A stretch of DNA of 64,000 nt from Candidatus Dadabacteria bacterium (GTDB taxonomy: Bacteria; Desulfobacterota_D; UBA1144; Nemesobacterales; CSP1-2): assembly GCA_963805855.1 (NCBI GenBank), contig CAWDVW010000005.1, positions 288,001 through 352,000 on the forward strand, written 5' to 3'. This document shows, one piece after another, positions 11,431 to 21,342 of this stretch (the first letter of the stretch is position 1; each line of letters starts with the position of its first letter). Both the position numbers and the translations under genes were made by a program. Below the pieces are notes generated by a model, which saw only the letters and a program-made list of their open reading frames with translations, was not told where the DNA came from and ran no database searches.

Positions 11431-12625
11431 AGACGCAATAAAGAGAATCGACGAAAACAGAGGTCTAGGCGTTGAGGCACTACTGACGAAGGTAAATGGG
11501 AGGACCGCATCAATAATAGATAAGGCCTTCAGTGGAGAGGAGATCTCGGTGGACGAAGGAGAACACCTTTTCAATATTAGGGACCTGGATGAAATATCGG
11601 CATTGGCGATATCAGCCGACGAGATAAGAAAAGAGGACGTTGGGGATATCGTAACATATGTGATCAATCGAAACATTAACTTTACAAACATTTGCAATAC
11701 CTATTGCGGATTTTGTAACTTCATGGCCCCCGAGGGAGATGAAAGGGCATACTTTCTAACGATGGAGGAAATCGCGCAAAAAACGATAGAAGCATGGGAA
11801 AACGGCGCAACGGAGGTATGCATGCAGGGAGGCATGCATCCGGATATCGACGGGAATTTTTACGTCGAACTGATAAAATCCGTAAAAAATGCGGTCCCCA
11901 AGATGCATACGCATGCGTTTTCACCCTTTGAGATCTATTATGGAGCCAAGACACTGAACGTAAGCGAAGAAGACTTTATCGAGATGCTAAAGGAAGCAGG
12001 TCATGATACCTTCCCGGGTACTGCCGCAGAGGTCTTGGACGAGGAAGTGCGGACAGTTATAGCTCCCAGGAAGATACCTACACAAACCTGGATCGACGTC
12101 GTGAAGAAGGCACATAAGGCTGGTATGAGGACCACATCCACTATAATGTACGGACACGTCGATAAATCATATCACTGGGCAAGGCATTTAGGCGTCCTCA
12201 GAGATATACAAAAAGAAACAGGTGGCTTCACCGAGTTCGTACCCCTTCGGTTCATTCCTTGGAACACAAGATTATTTCAACACTCAAAGGGCAAAGTCAA
12301 CCCCGGCCCTACAGATCTCGATCAATTAAAGATGTATGGAGTATCTAGGCTTATGCTTCGGGGCTGGATAAACAATATACAGGTTTCCTGGGTTAAGCAG
12401 GGCCCCGAATTCGCACAGTTTTCATTGACTGCGGGCGCAAATGATTTCGGTGGCACGCTGATGGAAGAGCATATCTCGCGGGCTGCCGGGGCAAACCACG
12501 GTCAGTATTTTCCACCGGAGGAATTTCAAAGGCTAACGAAGGAAATCGGAAGGATACCTGCACAGAGAAATACTACATATGGTATTTTGAAGCTTTTTGA
12601 TAGAGATGGAGAAGACCTAAGTTAA
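11417..12625 (+). CDS. cofH: FO synthase subunit CofH (radical SAM)
   Basis: VTYVINRNINFTNICNTYCGFCNF, GATEVCMQGG, PGTAAEVLD, TSTIMYGH, GGFTEFVPL, NIQVSWVK and GANDFGGTLMEEHISRAAGA; overlaps the end of cofG. Confidence 0.92.
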   Translation: MEDIKDAIKRIDENRGLGVEALLTKVNGRTASIIDKAFSGEEISVDEGEHLFNIRDLDEISALAISADEIRKEDVGDIVTYVINRNINFTNICNTYCGFCNFMAPEGDERAYFLTMEEIAQKTIEAWENGATEVCMQGGMHPDIDGNFYVELIKSVKNAVPKMHTHAFSPFEIYYGAKTLNVSEEDFIEMLKEAGHDTFPGTAAEVLDEEVRTVIAPRKIPTQTWIDVVKKAHKAGMRTTSTIMYGHVDKSYHWARHLGVLRDIQKETGGFTEFVPLRFIPWNTRLFQHSKGKVNPGPTDLDQLKMYGVSRLMLRGWINNIQVSWVKQGPEFAQFSLTAGANDFGGTLMEEHISRAAGANHGQYFPPEEFQRLTKEIGRIPAQRNTTYGILKLFDRDGEDLS

Positions 12626-12789
12626 GACAGGTAATTTCAAACCGTAGATTTTAGGCAAACACGGATATATTAGAGCCATCTTAAACCGACGTCTTATACT
12701 GCGAGAGTTTAAGGCAGTGAGTAAAAAGACGGTCTCCTTAGTCAGTTAGAATAAAAGAAGAAAAATTGCTTTTTGGAATTGACTTGAGT

Positions 12790-12910
12790 ATGGGTAGCCC
12801 ACCAGGCCGTGTCCTGAGCAAAGCCGAACGGTTGCCGATGGCGTGATCAAATGTCACAAGCAAGCCTGTCCTGAGCAATGCCGAAGGGACTCGTGACCTA
12901 CCCGAAGGGG
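12790..12910. repeat. Cluster of REP-like palindromes (CCTGAGCnnnGCCGAAGG units)
   Basis: GTCCTGAGCAAAGCCGAAC and GTCCTGAGCAATGCCGAAGGGA; similar units near 6514, 13311, 23770, 31107, 45189, 45299, 48708 and 48773. Confidence 0.75.
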
Positions 12911-13005
12911 AAAAATTACATCAAAACAGAATAAAATATGAGATTGCTTCACTTAGCTTCGCAAGTTTTGCAATGACGCAACCGAAGCCTGTTCTGTCAA
13001 TGGCC

Positions 13006-13158
13006 TTCCAAAAATTGCGTTAAGAAAATCAGAAACGAAGACGTATAGAAAAATTTGCGGGTTGCGGTTGAATTAAATGTTTTAGTCGAAGTTTACGATT
13101 TTTAGTGAATTTTTGGACAGCCTTGATTTTTGCTTCTTTGTATCAAGACAAAGAAGTT
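13006..13158. repeat. Dispersed ~150 bp repeat, family B copy 1
   Basis: Highly similar to 25143-25295; internal inverted repeat TCCAAAAATT...AATTTTTGGA; ends in the same TTCTTTGTATCAAGACAAAGAA hairpin as family A. Confidence 0.88.
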
Positions 13159-13449
13159 AGAAAGATGTATAAGATAAATGAAGAAAATACCTCCAAAGGA
13201 GTCTAGCCACAAATTATCTGGCTTTCCCGACAATGACGGCGGGTTTGGATGTCATTGCAAGGAGTGCTGAGAGAGGTCAAAGGATAACCTATTGCCACCA
13301 GCAAGCCTTCCCTGACCGTTCGACAGAGCTCGCGGCAGGCTTAATCGAAGGGACTCGTGAGCTACCCGAACGGGTAAGAAGCGTTATCTATAAACACTGT
13401 CCAATGAATATACCTCCCCCCGTTTCTAGTTATAATAATCGGAATAGTT

Positions 13450-16344
13450 ATGACCAGTCAGTCTCTTTTCAGAGAAATCGAGGCAACCCTCAAAGCAAAC
13501 CAGAAGGGGGAAGTCCACTTTGATACGTTCACCCGGGTACTCTACAGTACAGATGCGAGCAATTATCAGATTGAGCCAATCGGTGTGGTTATACCGAAAT
13601 CCATAGATGATGTAATAAGAACAACCGAAATCGCATTTAGATATGAAATCCCCATCCTACCACGGGGAGGAGGTACCAGCCTGGCTGGGCAGGCGGTCGC
13701 CGATGCATTGGTGATAGACTTCTCCAAGTACCTGAACAAAATTGTCAAAGTAGATGAAGAAACAAGTACCGTACGAGCAGAGCCAGGAATATATTTAGAA
13801 CAGCTAAACAACCACTTAAAGCGGCACAATTTAATGTTTGGTCCAGATCCCTCCACAGCAAGGATAGCAACCATGGGAGGAGTAGTTGGCAATAACGCAA
13901 CCGGCGCGCACTCGATTCTTTATGGAATGGCGGGCGACAATTTAGTTGGGGCGGAAGTCGTACTCTCCGATGCTACAGTTATCAACCTCGGCCCGTTAGA
14001 TGAACCCGGTTTAAGTGCCAAGGCGAGCCAACAAAATAGGGAAGGACGTCTCTATAAATCTCTTAAAGCCCTGCGTGAGCAGTACCGTGATGCTATTCGC
14101 AATGATTTCCCAAAACATTGGCGAAGGGCTTCAGGGTACGCTCTTCCATATCTCTTAAATAACAATTTTAATCCGGCACAGCTCCTCGCCAGCTCCGAAG
14201 GCACGTTAGCGGTGGCGACGGAGTTCACACTGAAACTAGTACCTCTACCATTACACAAAGGCCTTGTCCTGCTACAGTTTGGCGACCTGGTCGAAGCTAT
14301 GGAAACAGTGCCCTTGATACTCGTACAAAACCCATCTGCGATAGAATTGATTGATAGAATGTTAATCGGTTTGACCAAAGGTCACAGAGGTTACGCTTCG
14401 CTTCTCTCGTTTTTAAAGGGTGACCCGGCTGCTGTTCTCGCCGTTGAGTTTTATGGAGATACCGTTACCGAAGTTAAAAAGAAGGCCAGTAATCTAATCA
14501 ATCACCTAAGACTTCACAAAATTAATACTTCAATAACTAAAGCACTTACACAAGAGGCGCAGGCTAATTTTTGGTCGATCCGTAAGGCGGGATTGGGACT
14601 CCTCATGAGTAAGCGTGGAGACTATAAACCGATTCCATGTATCGAGGACGTATCAGTTCCGGTCGAACACCTGGCAGGTTATGTACGAGACATCCAGGAA
14701 ATCATAAATCGACTGGGTACTGACGCAGGTTTTTACGGCCATGCAAGTGCTGGGTGCCTCCACGTGAGACCTCTTGTCAATCTAAAGACGGTAGATGGCA
14801 TTAGCATGATGAAGGAATTAACAGACGAAGCTCTGAAGTTAGCCCTTCGGCATGGCGGGGTCATGAGCGGCGAGCATGGGGATGGGATTCAACGAAGTTA
14901 CTTGAATGAGAAGCTATTCGGAAAAGAGATATACAGGGCGATGAGCGAGCTTAAAACAGCCTTTGATCCCGAGGGAAGACTCAATCCTGGTAAGGTTGTC
15001 GATGCACTTTCACCAGTTGATAATCTACGATACGACCAAAGCTACCCGACACATCAGTTAAAGACACATTTGGACTGGTCTAGCGACGGAGGTTTTTCCC
15101 GGGCAGTCGAGATGTGCAATGGGCAGGGGGTTTGTAGAAAACTGGGGGAAGGCATCATGTGCCCGTCATACATGGCCACCAAGGATGAAATGGATACGAC
15201 CAGGGCACGTGCAAATGCGCTTCGAGCCGCTTTGTCTGGAAGAATCCCTCTCGAACAGATGAAAAGTGACCAGATGCACAGGGTCTTCGACCTGTGTCTG
15301 GGATGTAAAGCCTGTAAGAGAGAATGTCCTTCAAGCGTGGATGTAGCAAAAATGAAAATGGAATTCCTCGCCAATTACCACGAGGCTCATGGAAAAACCT
15401 TTCGCGATCTTTTTTTTGGATACGTTCATGAGATCAGTCGATACTCAGCTCCGTTCTCACTGATCGCCAACCCACTTATTAAAAACCGTTTCACGCGCTT
15501 GATTTTAAACAGTCTGGGAATCCATCCGGACCGAGAACTGCCGGGATTCAGTCGTGATAATTTTGTCCATTGGTTTTATAATAGAGGGAGAAAAACAACC
15601 GCTTCCAACAAGGTCGTATATTTTCACGACACGTGGGTGTCTTTTTATTACCCGGAGATTGGAAAAGCATCCGTAAAATTACTCGACGCTATGGGGCTGG
15701 ACGTAATCCTGGTACCCAAAAGGGTTTGTTGCGGTCGACCCATGCTTAGTAAGGGTTTAATTAACCCAGCTCGCTTGCGTGCCAAGGTTAACGCCGAGCT
15801 ACTCTCGCCATATATCAGGCAGGGGATACCCGTCATCGGAACCGAACCTAGCTGCATATTGACCTTTCGCGATGAATACCCCGATTTATTGCCTGGCAAT
15901 GATGACGCAATAATCCTTGCTCAGAACTCCTATCTCCTCGATGAGTATCTGTCCGAAATCGAAAGAACTAAATTTCTTAATACATCTTGGAAACCGCTCG
16001 GTCCGTCGGTGTTTTTTCATGGACATTGTCATCAAAGGGCCCTTGTGGGGATTGAAGGATCCATCGAGCTTCTTAAATTAGCCGGCTGTTCAGTCACAGA
16101 GAGCGGTGCCGGGTGTTGTGGTTTAGCGGGCAGTTTCGGATACGAAAAGGAACACCATAAAATTTCAGAAGCGATAGGCGAAGACAGGCTTTTCCCTGCG
16201 GTACGCGACTCAACCATGGACACCGTCATAGCTGTAAGCGGTGTGTCATGCAAACAGCAGATCGGACATTTTACCGGGAAACAACCAAGACACTTTGCAG
16301 AGGTTCTTGCGGATCAAATTGATCGACATAATGATCGTACTTGA
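13450..16344 (+). CDS. FAD-binding and Fe-S-binding oxidoreductase (GlcD/YdiJ-like 2-hydroxyacid dehydrogenase fusion)
   Basis: YSTDASNY, PRGGGTSLAGQ, GHASAGCLHVRP, GEHGDG, CNGQGVC, CLGCKACKREC and CCG-domain motifs. Confidence 0.9.
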   Translation: MTSQSLFREIEATLKANQKGEVHFDTFTRVLYSTDASNYQIEPIGVVIPKSIDDVIRTTEIAFRYEIPILPRGGGTSLAGQAVADALVIDFSKYLNKIVKVDEETSTVRAEPGIYLEQLNNHLKRHNLMFGPDPSTARIATMGGVVGNNATGAHSILYGMAGDNLVGAEVVLSDATVINLGPLDEPGLSAKASQQNREGRLYKSLKALREQYRDAIRNDFPKHWRRASGYALPYLLNNNFNPAQLLASSEGTLAVATEFTLKLVPLPLHKGLVLLQFGDLVEAMETVPLILVQNPSAIELIDRMLIGLTKGHRGYASLLSFLKGDPAAVLAVEFYGDTVTEVKKKASNLINHLRLHKINTSITKALTQEAQANFWSIRKAGLGLLMSKRGDYKPIPCIEDVSVPVEHLAGYVRDIQEIINRLGTDAGFYGHASAGCLHVRPLVNLKTVDGISMMKELTDEALKLALRHGGVMSGEHGDGIQRSYLNEKLFGKEIYRAMSELKTAFDPEGRLNPGKVVDALSPVDNLRYDQSYPTHQLKTHLDWSSDGGFSRAVEMCNGQGVCRKLGEGIMCPSYMATKDEMDTTRARANALRAALSGRIPLEQMKSDQMHRVFDLCLGCKACKRECPSSVDVAKMKMEFLANYHEAHGKTFRDLFFGYVHEISRYSAPFSLIANPLIKNRFTRLILNSLGIHPDRELPGFSRDNFVHWFYNRGRKTTASNKVVYFHDTWVSFYYPEIGKASVKLLDAMGLDVILVPKRVCCGRPMLSKGLINPARLRAKVNAELLSPYIRQGIPVIGTEPSCILTFRDEYPDLLPGNDDAIILAQNSYLLDEYLSEIERTKFLNTSWKPLGPSVFFHGHCHQRALVGIEGSIELLKLAGCSVTESGAGCCGLAGSFGYEKEHHKISEAIGEDRLFPAVRDSTMDTVIAVSGVSCKQQIGHFTGKQPRHFAEVLADQIDRHNDRT

Positions 16345-16387
16345 TTGATGCAATATTCTATATGATTCGTCGCTATTAGGACTGTTC

Positions 16388-19051
16388 CTACCTCTTCCCA
16401 AGATCGTGCCTGAATTGATTTTCAAGTTTTTCAACGGCATCTTTCCATCTCGCACAAACTTCCTGGTACAGCTCCCTAGAATGGTCAATTCCTACTGGCG
16501 GTTCTATCGGGTCGCCTACGACAATATTTATTTTTGCAAATTTAAACCCTGGATGAAGAGGGGAAAGTGTGTTGGCGGCGCCCTCTATAAGGATTGGGAT
16601 TATAGGTACTTTAGCCTCAACGCTTAGGATGCCTACACCCATTCTGGCCGGCATAATGTTTCCCGTTGGGGTACGACGTCCCTCAGGGAAAAGTAAAAGG
16701 GCCATTCCGCGTTTTAGTCCATCGTAAGTAAGTTCGAGAGAATCCCCAAATGTATCAGTACTTCCGATCGGTATTACACGCAATGGACGAGCTATCCAGG
16801 AAAGGGGTGCCTTCTTGAATAGCTCGCTAAAACCGGTAAGCAAGAGCCTGTCAAGAATCCAGCCTGGGAGCACGGCGACGATGACAATTGGGTCAATATA
16901 GCTTTGGTGGTTTGGACATAAAAGGACCGCGCCCTCTCTGGGAATTTTATCCATCCCCTCAATTCTCATCCTCAACACAACCCTGACAAAGATGAAAACC
17001 ACCATCTGGATAATTCTCATAACAATTCTCTTAAAAATGCCACGCTCGAGATTGAACACCTCTTCAAGGGCTTTATACGGGGGTTGAAAAAGCGTTTTTA
17101 AAAGAACGTTTGGTTCCTCTATTTTAGAACCGGGCGCCTCCCTGATTAGTCTTAGAACGTCTCCAATGTTCCTTATGCCGGGAAGATCTTCCTCTTTTAA
17201 CTCTAATCCAAACTCGTTTTCCAAAACCACCGTGATTTGAACCAGTGTAAGCGAGTCGAGTCCAAGGTCTATAGAAAGCTCCTGGCTTGGAAAGAAGGGG
17301 CCACTTACATGTGCGATTTCTTGAAGCCTTTTTAAGAATCTAATTGATGACGGCGCCTCCATAAGCTCTTTTTCTTCAGGAGTAAGCGATATTTCCTCCC
17401 TTGGAATGGCCTTTTGTCGGTCTGTTAGGTATCTCTCAAGCTCGCTCCTCCTGATCTTTCCGAGCATCGTTCTGGGGAGTTGATCGTTATATAGCTCAAG
17501 CTCAGTTATACGCATGTATGTGGGCAGACTGGCCCCCCTCATGGTAATTTCAGAGCTTATGCGATCACGTTTATTGAACACCCCCCTGGATATAAGCTCC
17601 CCTTCATCGGGAACAACAACCATTCGTAAGCCCTTAACAAATCCGCTATCATCGTATGAAGGGAGAACACATAGCTCCTTCGCGAATGGAATTTTTTCAT
17701 AAAGCTTCTCAACTTCTTCCGGGTAAATGTTCTTACCGGAAGACAGAACTATTACCTCTTTTACCCTGCCCGTTACCAGAATATCTCCATCAGAGTCTAT
17801 TATTCCAAGATCGCCGGTATGAAACCATCCATTACCCAAAACCTCCTTTGTCGCTTTTGCATTCTTATAATAGCCCTTCATGACATTGGAACCCTTTATG
17901 CATATTTCTCCTACGCCTTCTGGATCAGGGGAGTCTATACGGATCTCAACTCCTCGAATGGGTATGCCTGCGGTCCCGGATTTTGGCGCTTTCAGAGGGT
18001 TAAGCGTGCTAACCGCCGATGTTTCAGTGAGTCCATATCCCTCAACTAGAAGAAATCCAAGGTTTAAAAAATGTTCGGACACCTTTGGATCAAGCTTTGC
18101 TCCGCCACTTGCGAAAAAACGAAATCTTTCACCAAAAGGACCATGAATGCTCTTGAAAATTAATTTCCCTATACGTATCCCGGTGGTTTTTCTAACCCAA
18201 GCACTGAGTGTATACAAAATCCAGAAGATAATCCTTGCAAAGATAGACAATGATTTAACTCTATTAAAGATCTCCCTATCAACCAACGTAAATAATTTCG
18301 GCACACCGGGAAAAACCGTCACACCCGTTTCCTTCATCACATCAAATAAATCCAAGCTTTTAAGGGAATGAGAAAAAGTAACCGTCGCCCCTGCGAAAAG
18401 CGGTGAAAGTAACCCGACAATGCATGGATAAGCGTGATTAAGGGGTAATATACTTAATACGTTGTCACTCGATGAAACCTCGGTGAAGGATACGAGGGCT
18501 TGAATATTACTCATAATATTTTCACAGGTTAGCATCACTCCCTTTGGCTCACCGGTAGTTCCAGAGGTAAACACAATTGTCTGCGTGTCACCTGGGTCAT
18601 AATTATATACATCACTTCTATCATTCGATTTCGACAGCGCAGTCAGCTTCTCAATAGAAAATAGCTTTACTTCGTTCTTTTCGTCCGGGAAAAGCGCTTC
18701 GAGCTCGGCGAGGCGGGAACTATCCGCAATTATAGCTTTAGAGTCCGAATACCTAATAATATTAAGTAAATCTCTTGCACTCAATTGAGCATCCAGAGGT
18801 ACAATGACCCCTCCGGAAATATGTATTGCAAAATAGGAGATTGCCCATCCTGGCGTATTTTCACCGTAAAGACAAATATGGTCCCCGGGCTTGAGACCTG
18901 AAGAATTTAATTCTTTTGCCACAGTTCGAAACTTTTCCCATAGCTCACGATAAGTGATACGCTCATAGCCAGTCGGAAGTTTTCTCTGAAGGGCAATTTT
19001 TTGAGGCCGTATCTCCGACCAATGCATAAGTCTTTCAACTATAGTTTCCAT
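16388..19051 (-). CDS. Trifunctional AMP-dependent acyl ligase - acyl carrier domain - PlsC-type acyltransferase
   Basis: FTSGTTGEPKG, EGYGLTE and WFHTGDLG (adenylation); DLGLDSL (phosphopantetheine site); NHQSYID and FPEGRR (PlsC). Confidence 0.9.
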   Translation of the reverse strand: METIVERLMHWSEIRPQKIALQRKLPTGYERITYRELWEKFRTVAKELNSSGLKPGDHICLYGENTPGWAISYFAIHISGGVIVPLDAQLSARDLLNIIRYSDSKAIIADSSRLAELEALFPDEKNEVKLFSIEKLTALSKSNDRSDVYNYDPGDTQTIVFTSGTTGEPKGVMLTCENIMSNIQALVSFTEVSSSDNVLSILPLNHAYPCIVGLLSPLFAGATVTFSHSLKSLDLFDVMKETGVTVFPGVPKLFTLVDREIFNRVKSLSIFARIIFWILYTLSAWVRKTTGIRIGKLIFKSIHGPFGERFRFFASGGAKLDPKVSEHFLNLGFLLVEGYGLTETSAVSTLNPLKAPKSGTAGIPIRGVEIRIDSPDPEGVGEICIKGSNVMKGYYKNAKATKEVLGNGWFHTGDLGIIDSDGDILVTGRVKEVIVLSSGKNIYPEEVEKLYEKIPFAKELCVLPSYDDSGFVKGLRMVVVPDEGELISRGVFNKRDRISSEITMRGASLPTYMRITELELYNDQLPRTMLGKIRRSELERYLTDRQKAIPREEISLTPEEKELMEAPSSIRFLKRLQEIAHVSGPFFPSQELSIDLGLDSLTLVQITVVLENEFGLELKEEDLPGIRNIGDVLRLIREAPGSKIEEPNVLLKTLFQPPYKALEEVFNLERGIFKRIVMRIIQMVVFIFVRVVLRMRIEGMDKIPREGAVLLCPNHQSYIDPIVIVAVLPGWILDRLLLTGFSELFKKAPLSWIARPLRVIPIGSTDTFGDSLELTYDGLKRGMALLLFPEGRRTPTGNIMPARMGVGILSVEAKVPIIPILIEGAANTLSPLHPGFKFAKINIVVGDPIEPPVGIDHSRELYQEVCARWKDAVEKLENQFRHDLGKR

Positions 19052-19333
19052 TTTCCCATCCTTCAAAAACGAAGAAGAACTTAAGATCTAAATTTGTTTC
19101 AGTTGTTCGATAATCGTTCTCCGTTTCAGGAAACAAAGTACTGGCAAATCAGAAAAAAGGCTAACAAAATCTTGAAGAACCCCTTTATAGCGTCGTCGTG
19201 TATCGATTCATCCTCAATTAGCCCGAACGCAAGCCATTCAAATCTGAAATTTATAAGATCTCAAAATTAAAAATCCCTCTCTGGCATAAAATTTCAAATA
19301 AAGTAAAATTCAAAATTCAAACTCAATTATAAA

Positions 19334-20113
19334 ATGAAATCAGACGATAATAGCATCTCAATAATTCCAGTTAAGTGCCTACCCGAAATAAAACCAGGAG
19401 ACAACCTGGTTGATAACATCTACACCGCAATAACAAGAGAAAACATTCAATTACGTAATGGCGACATCTTAGCGATAGCTCAGAAGATTATTTCTAAGGC
19501 CGAGAACAGATTGGTAGAGCTTAATAATATAACGCCGACACCCTTCGCAATCAGTGTAGGAAAAGAACTCGATAAGGACCCGAAAATAATCGAAATTATA
19601 TTGGGAGAAACAAATAGAATTGTTAAAATGGAAAAGGGTAAGTTAAAAAAAGGAAGATTAATTGTGGAAACGAGACACGGCATAGTTTGCGCCAATGCCG
19701 GCGTAGATGCCTCCAACGTGTCTGGTGGTGATCAAGTTACGCTCCTGCCAAAGGATCCGGATGCCTCTGCGAAAAGCATAGTTGAAACATTTAAAAATAG
19801 ATTTGGAATAGATATAGCTGTTATCATCACAGATACGGTAGGAAGACCATGGCGGATGGGGCTTACCGAAATAGCGATTGGTTGCTGGGGTATAAAGCCT
19901 CTGAAAGATTATAGGGGACAAAAGGACACGAAGGGATACGAGCTTAATGCGACAATTGTCGCAATAGCCGATGAAATTGCAGGAGCAGCAGGGCTAGTCA
20001 TGAAAAAAACCGGAGCCACACCAGTCGTAATAGTAAGAGGGTTAAAGTACGAACGTGGTGGCCTCGGCGCAAAAGAACTTATAAGAAAACCAGAAGAAGA
20101 TCTGTTCCGTTAG
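19334..20113 (+). CDS. cofE: Coenzyme F420-0:L-glutamate ligase
   Basis: LPEIKPGDNL, QKIISKAE, ETRHGIVCANAGVDASN, LLPKDPDASA, TDTVGRPWRMG and ADEIAGAAGLVMKK motifs. Confidence 0.93.
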   Translation: MKSDDNSISIIPVKCLPEIKPGDNLVDNIYTAITRENIQLRNGDILAIAQKIISKAENRLVELNNITPTPFAISVGKELDKDPKIIEIILGETNRIVKMEKGKLKKGRLIVETRHGIVCANAGVDASNVSGGDQVTLLPKDPDASAKSIVETFKNRFGIDIAVIITDTVGRPWRMGLTEIAIGCWGIKPLKDYRGQKDTKGYELNATIVAIADEIAGAAGLVMKKTGATPVVIVRGLKYERGGLGAKELIRKPEEDLFR

Positions 20114-20565
20114 GAAATCATGTGTCTGTAAATAACAATGCCAGGTTAATTAACAGCCTGACCCCTCCTGTTAACCTCTTAAATCGAACCTATTTTCACG
20201 TCGAATCTTATAAAAAAAACTTAAATCAAGCTACCCCGCACCGGTCATCCTGAATATATTTCAGGATCTAAAGGAAGCAAAAGATGCGGACACAAGTTCA
20301 GCATGACTGACTATGAGATTGATCCTCTTAACGCAATTTTTGGAAGGTTGTTCACGTCGTCCACAAGATCGATGACATGAAAACCCATCGGGACAAGAAT
20401 GCCCCGACTATCCATGATAAATACCGACAGCAATCACGATAGGAGCACCTTCTAGCCGCGATTTGATCGGAACTTGAAAGTCTGGCCTATCGAATCCATT
20501 AAACATATTCACAGTTAATTAAAGGGAGATTTTAACCCCGAAACTCAATGCCGCCATCGAGCGCT

Positions 20566-20871
20566 TCATGCTGTAGGTTGATAAACTTGAACTTCTCTCT
20601 TTAGACGCTCAGCCAACTTGTCCTCCGCAATATCAAGATCATAATCCATTTGTAGACCAAGCCAGAACTCGGCAGACATGTCAAAAAATTTGCCTAATCG
20701 TAAAGCCGTGTCTGCCGTAATTCTACGCTTGCCCTGAACTATCTCATTTATCCGCCGGGCCGGTACTCTAATGTCGAGAGCCAACCTATTCTGGCTGATT
20801 CCCATAGGCTTTAAGAACTCTTCAAGTAAGATTTCACCTGGATGTATACCTGCAATTTTTTTAGAACCCAT
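20566..20871 (-). CDS. higA: HigA family antitoxin (HTH)
   Basis: IHPGEILLEEFLKPMGISQNRLA...RINEIVQGKRRITADTALRL...FWLGLQMDYDL. Confidence 0.95.
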   Translation of the reverse strand: MGSKKIAGIHPGEILLEEFLKPMGISQNRLALDIRVPARRINEIVQGKRRITADTALRLGKFFDMSAEFWLGLQMDYDLDIAEDKLAERLKREVQVYQPTA

Positions 20872-20906
20872 ATTTTAAACCTCCTTAATGTGCCTAGTTC
20901 AACTTC

Positions 20907-21188
20907 CTAATGGTAGTCAACAATTTCGACCTTATAGGCATCGCCTTCATGCCATTCAAAGCAAATTCTCCATTGATCGCTGATCCGGATGCTGTATTGA
21001 CCCTTTCTATCACCATGTAGTGCTTCTAGTCGATTTCCTGGGGGAATAACTAGATCTCTTAACGTCTTTGCCCTGCTTAACATACGAAGTTTTCTGAACG
21101 CAAGTCGTTGAATATTGCGTGGGAATCGTCTCGAATAACTGCGATTGAATATCTTTTCCGTTTCCTTGCATTTGAATGACCTTATCAC
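20907..21188 (-). CDS. higB: HigB/RelE family toxin
   Basis: MIRSFKCKETEKIF...PPGNRLEALHGDRKGQYSIRISDQWRICFEW...VEIVDYH; toxin gene lies upstream of the antitoxin. Confidence 0.95.
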   Translation of the reverse strand: MIRSFKCKETEKIFNRSYSRRFPRNIQRLAFRKLRMLSRAKTLRDLVIPPGNRLEALHGDRKGQYSIRISDQWRICFEWHEGDAYKVEIVDYH

Positions 21189-21342
21189 TGATATATTATA
21201 TAACGCGAAGCGTTAAATGGCAAAAACGGCATGCAGATCTTTAAAAAGTGATGTTTAGCCACACAACCTTTTCGGTTCTGCTAAGGATTACATTACCGAA
21301 GCATATAGGATAAATAGTAGATGATAAATATTAGATACGTAA

